DNA of 63,429 nucleotides, the filler included, from Choristocarpus tenellus KU-1152 (taxonomy: Eukaryota; Protista; Phaeophyceae): NCBI GenBank assembly GCA_964200185.2. It is 10 parts of 10 records of this genome, joined end to end, with 100 filler letters (N's around TTAATTAATTAA, not from the genome) between each part and the next. Parts side by side here need not be neighbours in the genome. Positions count along the whole stretch, not along the records: positions 52,499 to 60,528 come from CAXNAD020005249.1; positions 60,629 to 63,429 come from CAXNAD020024635.1; 8 more parts are not named here. The stretch is one strand, 5' to 3'. The notes below the pieces were generated by a model that saw only the letters and a program-made list of their open reading frames with translations, did no database searches and was not told the DNA's origin. Below, one piece after another: positions 53,675-63,429 of the stretch; the first letter of the stretch is position 1, and the number at the start of each line of letters is the position of its first letter. The translations under genes and the position numbers were made by a program.

Positions 53675-56590
53675 ATGTCCTCGCTCCTAGAACATCACTA
53701 CCTCTGCACATACCAGATGAAACTCGGCAACATCACATGCATGGAGATGGTGTGTCCCTTGAGCGAGCGTGGCATTGCGCGCGTCAGCAAGTCCATCCGT
53801 GAAAAAGGCTGGCTGGAGCAGTTTGCTCCGTCTGTCGTAATTCAACGAGACTACTTAGGCAACGGGGACCAGCTCACTGCCGAAACTGCACTTGCCATTC
53901 AAGCACGAACACTGGACGGAAAGCATAGAATAACAGTGCTGAAGAGAGAGTTTGATCCCGAATGCGCTTTCATGATGCGGGTCTACATGGAGTTCAACCA
54001 AGCAGAAGAGAGGCTAATTGCCAACGGTGGGTGATGGAGTGTTGTCGTTGTTCCATGATCGTCTGATAACTCTTCTGATCTACCAAGTTGTTGCCGGGTT
54101 TCCTTTGTTTGGTTCATCGTCAGTCAGCCCATTGTTGATCTTTTCATTGTTGATATTTTTTATCCCTTGTGATCTTTCTGTCGACAGCAAAATGTTGCTC
54201 ACTACTGCCTGCCGCGTGTGTCACGCGACCGCTTCCCACCTATCCATTGTCCGGTTCGCCCACTGCACTGCCACGCTTATAGCATTCAATGACACGACCG
54301 AGAGTGTGGTTGAGCGCACGCTGTACGATAAGGTATATTTTCAGCACGAGCTCGAAGAGGCTATCAAGCGACAGACGAAGAAAAAAGAAGTGTCACTAGC
54401 AGAGATCCGCAAAATGTACAAAAAGGTGAGGGAGTTGTCAAGGTTGGTCAGATGGTGGCGCTCTACTCTTCCTCTTGTTGGGTTACAGCTGTTGTGAAAT
54501 CTCTCTGTGTCCTCCTATTCAACCTAAGTTGAGATAGTTATCCCGCGTTTAGCAAACCTGCCAACCAACTTCTTGATTTGAGGGTGACCATGTAGTATGT
54601 GTGTGTGGTTAACCACAGATGAACAATAAAAAGCGTCCTTGTTTGTTTTATCGACAGTGTTGCCTGAGCCCCCCCCCCCCCACTCATCGTACATACCTCG
54701 TTGGCATGGTAATAACGATGCCTCCTCCTGGCTGGCTGGCTGGGTGCATAATATTTTCCGTTTTCTGCCCATCGCGAAGGTGGGCGTTCCTCCCCCGACG
54801 AAAACAACTCTACGAAACTGGCAGCAAGGCGTAAAGTCCCTTCGACCAGAGTCCTTCGAGGTACTGAAGGATGTGTGTGAGACCTCGTCACCACAGGTCA
54901 ACCGCAACACAGTCACACTGAACTATCTGAGTCGCGAGGAGTTTGCCGGCTTCACTTCTCTCAAGCAGGGGCTATGCATCCATTTGCTTGCCAGGCAAGT
55001 CAAACCGCCACTGTGTTTTATCGTGTAGAAAGCAGTAAGCGCAATGTGCGCAGGTCGCAGTACATTGCACAGGAACATTCAATAAGTGTGTCCTACGATG
55101 AAGAAGGCAGTCGGCCATTGTTGTGTCGAACGAAGAACCGTTCGTAGAACTGTGGAAATACTACCTGCAGTGTGTGTTTCCTGTGTATGTGCGCTCTTGT
55201 CTTTTCTCAATTATGACAATCGTTCCATGAATGTTTTTTGCAGTGGCAACCCTTTCCTCATTATTACCTGCGCATCGTTCTCTTTGATATCCTTCATGGC
55301 CATTCTCTTTTTGCAGGTATAAGTCATTCAACGGGAAGGTTCCTATGGTGAGGGACTACAAGGAGATCGAATCGGACGCACACATGTCTGAGATGCTTGT
55401 CTCGCGCACCAGGCAGATTTTACCCAAGGAGAAGTGGACACCAGAGCTCCAAACGTTGATAAATTGTGCAGTTGCAGCGGTTCTCTTTTTTTGGCTTTTC
55501 CGTATCTCCTGTGCACCCATACGTTGCCATGCGCCCCTCAATTGTAAAATATGCTGTCAGCTTCTTTTTCAGCACCGCACATATTGATTGTTGCAAAACT
55601 GCTCTGAATTTGGGACGTTACGTGAATGATGCATAGGCTGCAAGGGAAATGGACAGGCTCGCATATGAGAAGTGCAATATGCACGAGGTCAGGGTCAAGC
55701 CCCACCACGAGGAGAGGAAGAGGGAGGTGGCCCAACTTCTGCAGAAGGTTTCATCTGGCAACCAACAAGCGGCGCCCGTCCGGCAGCTGAGGGTCAACAT
55801 CTCAATGGTAGTTGGAATGAAACCACTGCAACGGGTCAGAGCCGTAAGTGTGCCTCCTGTGTTCGTAATTACATTTGTGCTGGCTTGTACAAAAATAAAT
55901 AGTTGACGCTTGGTAGGATTAGTGGTGGGTCTTCGTCATCATCANNNNNNNNNNTGAGCGTCAGAGTTGCCTTCCCTACAACAAACGATGCTGTTTTGTC
56001 AGATCTAGGCTTTCATTGCTAATAGCGGGAATAGCCAATCGTTGCCTTCAACTCTAGGCAACGATCTTGGTCAATCTCCACCTCGTTTCTGCCTCCAACA
56101 TATGTCACTGTCGTAACCTACAGACGGACTGGCGTCTTCGACATTGACTTCTTTCAAACTATTTCACCCCGCAAGCCGCCTCCATTAAACACGTTCACCA
56201 CGTTAACCGTATGGTTTGCTCTGTTCGATTGACATGGTATCGTTCTTCCATTACACTTTCCCATTTTTGACGTCACCATCATCCCCTCCTCTCCTCAACA
56301 ACGTCCTCCGCCGTGTCCACCACTAGATTCTCGAAAAGGACTCGACTCTACGCGCTTACCTCACCACCTGGGATGGGAAATACCAAGATGTCCTCAACCA
56401 GGTCAACCTCCACCAGGTTCACAGCGGGTGGGGCTGTGATGGCGGCGGCGCAGACGTCAAGAGCAACAACGGATCGGCATCAGATGGCCGTGAGAAAGAA
56501 GACGAGGGAGGGTGCGAACACAAAGGAGGGGACGGAGACGAGGTAGGGGACGAACACAAAGGAGGGGAGGAAGATCAGGGAGGGGACGGA
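53675..56590 (+). pseudogene. Spliced gene with N-terminal ParB/Srx-like domain followed by helical and acidic regions (possibly decayed)
   Basis: Exon 53675-54026: VCPLSERGIARVSKSIREKGWLEQFAPSVVI..RTLDGKHRITVL (ParB boxes I/II, DGxHR). In-phase exons 54283-54425, 54780-54994 (GC donor), 55317-~55470, 55637-55843, 56327 onward (acidic Gly-rich, TAA at ~56648). Upstream ATG at 53628 is out of frame by 2 nt. Confidence 0.7.
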
Positions 56591-57392
56591 CTGCCAGACA
56601 GGGAGGATACGGGCAAAGGGGGTTCTGTCGGCAGCGTTCCTGGTGCGTAAGAAGAACAAAACGGCCATGGAGGGTGGAACGCGGGTGTTTGCTGTACTGA
56701 ATGCAATCCTCCACCTACGTCTCGGTGAGTAATGTAGTTGTAATGGTGCACACGGGGATGGCGGGTAATTAATGGCGTAAGATTGGTTTTCATCCAATCC
56801 CCCAAACGGCTAACTAGGTTGTCTCTTTTCAGCGGTGCACGCCATTGAACCGGTGAATCTTGCGGGTTCCCTCTGTGTGTGGCGCTGTGGTCGCTACCCC
56901 CACGTCTCTTTATTTGCCACAGCCCGATTGTGTGTTAATGTATATACATCACCGACTATTGTATCTCACCTGTACTACTTCGTATTGTTTTGCGCCGCCA
57001 ATTTCGTGGTCCTTCGTAGCCGTGGATCCCCGCGTTGCGTTGTTGCGCCCAATTAATGATTTGGAAAAATACTATCCTGTCTGTTTAACGTTCTCGTTCG
57101 ATGCCACGCGTGACAGGTATTCATGCCCAAAGTGCTCTATCACGCACATGGGCGAATGTGCCTACGTGGAGATTGTGGTCGACGAGAGGCACAAGGATCG
57201 GTTATTTATCAATTGCCCCATGGCACAGGAGGGCAGTGAAGGGTCTGAATCGGTGGGGAATGAAGCGGCGGGTCAGGGAAGGGGCAAGGGCAAGGGTACG
57301 AGTCACGCAAGGAGCACGAGCGGGTCACCCAGCAGGCAAAGCCTTTTACGTCCTCCCTCACGCAGCGAAACGGCGGACATGGAGAAGTGCAG
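56590..57392 (+). mobile_element. Cys-rich SWIM-like segment, possibly a KDZ-type transposase N-terminal fragment
   Basis: YYPVCLTFSFDATRDRYSCPKCSITHMGECAYV (CxxC..CxH-like with H>Y) then RQSLLRPPSRSETADMEKCR|gt; no DDE core visible. Confidence 0.3.
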
Positions 57393-57820
57393 GTGGGTCT
57401 CAGCGTGGTTGCACATTATACGGACATATAAGTCATCTCTGCGTGTTAGGTTTCGCGTTGGTTTGCACGTGGGACTTCGCTGCTTGTACATCATGTGGAT
57501 TGCTCATCCTTTGTGTGTTGGATGTGACGTTTTTTTGGAGGTTTCCATGGGCCATGGAACTTTGTTTTGACGTCTCCCCTCCTTCCACGAGATGTATCTG
57601 ATGAGTCTGGCGTTGTGGAGGGTACGGTTTGGCATTTTGGGGATGCCAGGGAAATATTGTCAGGACCTCACTAAATGATACCATTGCCTGCACCGTTGCT
57701 TACTACGCTGTCCTTCTTATCGTAATGTCTGTGTACTGTGTCGTGTGTCATGATGTCCAACCAGGACTGAGAACACTGCACTATACGACCTTTACCCTTT
57801 CGACCCTACGATACCCTTAG

Positions 57821-59298
57821 ATGGCCTGAAAGAGTTCGCCTTCCGCAACGCGCCAAATCTCGCCATAGTGTCCATTGCCGCCGAGCCAAGACTCCTCAAC
57901 GACAAAGAGGTGACCAACACACACTTGCGCCAGGTGGTTAAGTGCTTGCAGGTGAAGATATATTCTCAGGGCACCATCACGCAAATTGTGCCCCACCCGT
58001 GAGCCGCGCAATTACACCGCCTAGACGGTGAGTTGCAGAGTTCGCCAGCGCTGAAATACGAGGTGTATTGCGGGAGACTATTGCAATCCGCCATGGTCGT
58101 TATCAGTCCGTCCGTGTGCCCATCGAATATTGTGCGGCCGTTCAGGAGGTGCAGATTATGTCGTGTGTCCTTCTTTTTCGCTTTCCCCATGTTGTTTCAT
58201 GTTCTTCGTACCTTCTATTTCCTTTTGTGTGTCTTGCTCTTTCCCCCGGGTCATTAGTAGTTCTTTGTTTCATTGTCCGCGAATCGCATGCTGGTGTTAC
58301 TTGTCTTCACTACATTATTTTTGCCGTCTTTCCTTCTATTACAGAATTTCCTTTTGTTTGGATTTTTGCATTTGTTATTTGCCTTGCGTTCAACACTCAT
58401 TGTACTATTATAATGTCAGTGGTATGCAATTTCATGAATCCCAACAATAACTACTTGTGTGATGTCACTGTCAAGTTTGACGCATGCCGGACCCACGCGC
58501 TCGCTCCCGCCTTCTCTTCATTCAGGGACTCTAATGGCATCGAAGGTCGGCTTGGTTGAGGAGGATCATCCCCTGCCTATAATGTACAAGATGAGGGGGG
58601 GGGGGCGCCCTCTCGCAGGCACTGATAACCATCTCAGATGCCACCAGGACATGATTCTTTTCGTGCACAACGATGGGACAGAGTTCACGTGCAACAAGTG
58701 AATCACCATCGACAACATCTTTGACCACGGGAGTGATCCATCTCCTCCGGTACTCCAAACCATGTTTGATGTCGAGTACCAAGATGCTGCAACGGACATC
58801 CCCATGAGGGCCCTCCACTTCCTCGTTAACAGGTTCGTAAATTACGTCACACACGCCCTTGAAGTCTTCATGGGAGCAGCGAATTTTTTTGTATAGGTGT
58901 AGATCATCGTTAAACAGTAACACAACAAGCTGGGTGACGGTTCAGGGGCGTCAAACCGTACCATGAGTGTTTCCCTGAATCAGTACGTTAAGCGTCAAAC
59001 CGCACCAAGAGTGTGTTGCCCTGTATCAGTATGTTACTCATACATTGTGATATGATGAATCCGCGCGCAGTACAATGTATTCCTCGGGATAATTTTCGAC
59101 CTGCCCTCCTATGATAGGTACACGAATCCTGGGGACACCGTCGTTTCCTTCAACGCAGAGAGGCACAACATGGTGGAGGCGGCCCTTGAACGGAGCAGGA
59201 GGGTGGAGGTGTTCGCGTCCAACGCGGCGTCAAAGGACGAGGTGAAAGAGAAGATGGAGACCTCCTTCAGCCGAGCCTACAAGGACGGCAAGTGGAAG
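57821..59298 (+). pseudogene. Degenerate beta-class N6A/N4C DNA methyltransferase-like domain (spliced)
   Basis: Exons 58526-58832 and 59118-59298 join in phase: ..HPLPIMYKMRG..NHLRCHQDMILFVH..IPMRALHFLVNR-YTNPGDTVVSFNAERHNMVEAALERSRRVEVFAS, matching 'KP..LL..LI..YTNPGD.VLDPFAGSGTT..AA...GR'. FxGxG and DPPY are degenerate; TGA at 58699-58701. Confidence 0.6.
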
Positions 59299-59670
59299 GT
59301 AACAAGGGTGTGCTGGCTTTTTTTCCATTGCTTTCCAACTTGTTGTCTGTCTTGGTTCGCTATGGATAGGTGTCGGGCGTGCGGTTGTGGTAGTGATGTT
59401 TCCTTGTCCATGTTTACACGTTGCTAACACGGTGCACGCGGTGACCCACACCACAAACGGAAATCGTGAGACCCCAAGACTTTGTGTGTGAGTGACGGTA
59501 CGTCGTAATGTCCTCCTTCCCCACACAAAAAAACAAACGTGCTGCGGTACACCACAAGATCTTTAACCAACGCCGGAATAACCCCTACGTACGTGACGAA
59601 ACCTTGTTGCATGGCAAACACTTCAATGCCACATGATTGAGCTGTCACATGTTCGCACATGATGTTGCAG

Positions 59671-60426
59671 GTATCCACGTCTCTTGTTCAAGAACACGTG
59701 ATAGGCCCTTCCTGCCTTCCAGAAGCCTTGGGGCAGACCCTCGTCCCAATTGAGGACGCAGCGATGTTTTGCTGAGGCCGTCAATCCTCAGGAAAAGCCA
59801 ATGGGACGCGATGAGGCGACCGTTTTCGTTGCGAAGACGGTGGCTATGGACTTCGGCTACCAGATCGAGGTGAATCTGGTATAGAATGCACTTCGTTACA
59901 TATTTTGTCAAGAACGAACGGTAGAGTCAAGCTCTTGGCACGCAGAATAAAAGTTTTTTTATTCCCGAGTACAAACCTATCTAATGCGGCACCCAAACAC
60001 GTCTCGTAGAAGACTATCGGCCTTGCGGGTAAGTATTGGATCCGTCAGGTGTTCAACATTTGCCACTATAAGGTTGCCGTTTTTGCACCACCTTCGGACC
60101 AGATTACCTCCAAATCACGTCCATTCATGAATGACCGAACTCTGGCCCCCCCCCCAACACCCCTCCATCCCCCCCAACCCCATCACCGTCTTTGTCTTCC
60201 GCAATGCTCAGCCGCGTGCAAGCTCATCCTCGAATCCCGCAGAAATGGCCTTATTCCCGCTTGAAGGGAAAGACTACAAAGTCGGCGTGGGGTGATCTCG
60301 AAGTGCAACTCTCGATCAGAGGCCTTCCGTTCGATCTCTCTCAAAGACCAAGAAGAACAGTGCATTTGGTTGCTTCATGTGGCCAACAACAACCAGCTCA
60401 AGCGCATGCTTTCGCCTGGAACGGAG
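59671..60426 (+). pseudogene. Downstream exons of the same gene, possibly the start of a SET-like domain
   Basis: Exons 59671-59869, 60010-60028 and 60243-60426 have compatible splice phases: ..AMDFGYQIE-KTIGLA-EMALFPLEGKDYKVG..GVISKC; two frameshifts needed; truncated by a MITE and the contig end. Confidence 0.35.
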
Positions 60427-60487
60427 GTGTGTGGGCCACGCACAGAGCTCTAATTGCGCGTGGCAGCTACTTGCCCTCTCTACTACA

Positions 60488-60528
60488 GACTCAAAGTATC
60501 TGGGAGGGGGTGGCGGCTGTCCATTTGG
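60488..60528. mobile_element. MITE terminus at contig end
   Basis: gactcaaagtatctgggagggggtggcggctgtccatttgg, reverse complement of 23641-23683. Confidence 0.8.
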
Positions 60529-60628
60529 NNNNNNNNNNNNNNNNNNNNNNNNNNNNNNNNNNNNNNNNNNNNTTAATTAATTAANNNNNNNNNNNNNNNN
60601 NNNNNNNNNNNNNNNNNNNNNNNNNNNN
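60529..60628. other. Artificial contig linker
   Basis: N44-TTAATTAATTAA-N44. Confidence 0.97.
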
Positions 60629-61388
60629 CGTTACTCCATACATATTTTACCGTAACTGTCCGATAGAGTTGGAAGAGTCTAATCGAACATATACTACGAT
60701 ATATGAAGTTCTCAACTTGTGGTAATGGTTCTCAGGTGAATAAGGATGCTGCAGCGCCAGGATTGGGCACATTTCTGCTATTATGAACTTTAGTATTATT
60801 AGGTAGGATTACACTACAAGTAACAAGCAAGGAAGGCAACAGTAAACCCGTAGGTCGTCCTCGATTCTTCTCCGAAGCGTAGCTATTACTGTTTGTGGGG
60901 TGTGTTGGTACCAAAACCATAGATAAACCAACGTAACTAATTGCACGAAAACATATCTGTGCGTGCTCAACATCGATCTTTGTAGAGGTATATACTCAAA
61001 ACATCTCATTTGTTTCATATTCGCATTTAGATTTTATGTAGGGTGAACCTGCGAAGCAATCATTGCCTGGGAGGAGCAATCATTCCCAAACGGACCATTC
61101 TCTGATGTCACTCTTGGCTGATTGGTTCTTGCATCCAAAAACTCTTTTTTCTGTCCCACCATTCCCAGAACCTGACTCATTGCATGATCTGACCTGGCAG
61201 ATCAAGATATACCAAGTCATTAGGTTTAGTAGTCCGAAAGCTCATCCTGACAGGATTTCCCTTCAATTTATATAGTGTTTCGCTTGTATAAGCCCTACTG
61301 CAGTATATTACAAGAAGGATACTGCTGTGTACTATGACATCCTCCCCTTGTCTAAAAGGAATATTGTGAGTAAGTGATAATAAATATG

Positions 61389-61645
61389 GAGTCAAAGCAA
61401 GCGAGGGGTACCCAGAGTTGCATTTTTAGGATGCTACAAATATGTCCAAATTTTCTCTTTTTTTTACAAATACATGTAGGATTTTTTCTGAGTTCTGTCG
61501 AAAAGTATCAAACAATAGAGAAATCAATACTCTCAGATCAAACAGCACTTCATCCATAGAAATATGGGTGAATTGCATAAGGTTGAAAAACTGGCTTTAA
61601 ATGAAAATGGCCCAAAACCTGGGTACCTCTCGCTTATTTTCACTA
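61389..61645. mobile_element. MITE family A copy
   Basis: TIRs gagtcaaagcaagcgaggggtacccag / ctgggtacctctcgcttattttcact; same length and internal similarity to 7779-8035. Confidence 0.75.
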
Positions 61646-63429
61646 TCTCTATTTCTAAGTTGGTTTCATAAGAAGGTTGATAGAAGAATAAGTAGATGGT
61701 GTGGAATACACGTTTAGTTGGGTTCTTAGTATCTCAACACGGAAGTTAGGGAATTGGGTGTCGCTTACAACCCTTAAGCACAATGGCAACCGGAAGGTAT
61801 GGAAATAACTCCAGCGCCTGGAGAGCTAACAATTAACGTACACCTTGGACTTGACTATACCTCTCCACCAGGGACCATACCCAAGACAGCAATACACTGT
61901 GACTTTTTCACTGATGCTATATGTATTCCACCCTGCGCACACCTCATGGATAACAGTGACCACTTTGACCAATTGGGTATCGTCCCTCCCCTTAAGCCTG
62001 GATACCCAGGTATCTACTCTATGGCTCACTGTACCCAATCCATATTTGCGGTGGCGCCTCTCTCTGAATGTACCCTGCCTCAGAGTGACATGCAGTCCAT
62101 ACCATCTTCTGTGGCCAGTTGAACAACCACTCAAAACATCTACACACTCCAGTCCCCTCCCCAACCCCACCCACTGCATCCACACTGCTCTCTCCAAAAA
62201 GCACAACCCAAGTACAAGTCAGCCTCACCATGCCGGCAAGGGGTCAGGGTCAATCACTGACCGTCCATTGGCCAGGATCCTCAAAATCTCGTCCAGGATA
62301 GAGACCCCTCCGTCCTCCGGGGCTGAGGACCTCAGTCAAAAACTCATCCAAGATAAGGATCCCTCAAATCTCTGCCATAGAGGAGAGTTCATGAACGTCT
62401 TCAAGAGTTAGGATCTTAAAAACTTCCCCTGGGGAAGATACACTATCCACTCCCCTAAACACCCGTCCATCTCCCTCACCTCATCTTTTCCCCACTCATT
62501 TTGAATTGTTAATGATGCCTGTACGTGTCCAGCAATAGTTGGACGCTATTCTCTTGACCATCACTCTTGGTCGATGGAATGATGGCCAAGACCAAGACCC
62601 CTTTAAAAATAGAGGCTGCCAACATGCTATATTTGGTTCACTCATATATTTTTTTCTGTGTTTTCATTCTTATTTGGCACAGCCAATTTCACTGCCTAAT
62701 CCCTGTTTCCAGAGTACTAGATAGGACTGGATAGAAAAGAAGTAACTAGCACCCGACTCGAAGCCTTGTTGCACATTGCCCATCTCGTGTATTCCCCATC
62801 CATCATCACATTCCCTCCCCCCCATATCAACTCCCCGAATATTTCATTCAAGCTCCTCTGTAAAACTGTAATCTATTTGATGTTGCCTGTCTCACCCTTC
62901 AAGATGTCGTAGGTATGGATAGATCCACTTATACAATATAGTGTTTGTACACATTTATCTTCAGTAGTAGTACGGTGTCTGTGTGCGAATGATTAATGAC
63001 CAATTAAAGAGTACTTTTCAAATACTCCGAAGTAGTTCATTTCTATCATCAGGTATCTGTTGGTAACCTTGTCGAGTGATGACAAGTTTTGTCTGTCGTT
63101 TCAATACAAGAAATTTATGGACGGGAAATATTCCACTTCTACTGAACTTCATCAGCATTATGGAGAGTGAACACTTCTTAGTAACAATAATTTTATTATT
63201 ATGCCTTCTGACATTTTACAGATGTGTCAGGGAAAAACACTGAAAACTATTCCCATGTCAGAACAAACCTAAGAAAGTAACAGTCGTCATAAACGTGAAA
63301 ACATTAATCTATTCGCAATTTTACTACCAATTATGCTACACCGTTCCCTTTCCTGTGCCTCTAACCTAGCTTAGTCCTGTACTCCAGCATGAGGGGCTAG
63401 GGAGGCATCCTACGAATCTAACAAGCCCC

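Noticed and set aside
61799-62411. Overlapping 107-188 aa ORFs
   Set aside because: No recognisable domain; probably decayed TE sequence.

Overview
Eukaryotic, intron-rich, repeat-rich DNA. It is not one locus: ten contigs are joined by artificial N44-TTAATTAATTAA-N44 linkers, so neighbourhood across linkers has no meaning. Interspersed (CCCTAA)n repeats, RTE-type LINE remnants and GHLEVLQWARANGCPW-type ankyrin repeats suggest a stramenopile, probably a brown alga (inference). Host genes rebuilt by hand from splice sites: SAM50/Omp85 (763-6821, -), mitoribosomal mL40 (25072-26264, +), a partial mitochondrial calcium uniporter MCU (-), a secreted acidic protein (35363-37011, +), one ABCB6/ATM1-type exon and PPR-like exons. 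Most other sequence is decayed mobile DNA: pogo/Tigger, LINEs, and ~170-260 bp MITE families sharing GAGTCAAAGTA-type termini, at which many contigs break. The most unusual contig is 52499-60528. It holds a ~268-bp tandem array whose units keep hairpins despite sequence divergence. Directly downstream is a spliced, partly decayed gene cluster with a ParB-like domain, a SWIM/KDZ-like Cys segment, a degenerate beta-class N6A/N4C DNA-methyltransferase-like domain and a possible SET-like tail. This is a candidate transposon- or virus-derived chromatin/DNA-modification module. All protein calls come from motif recognition by eye; no database search was run.
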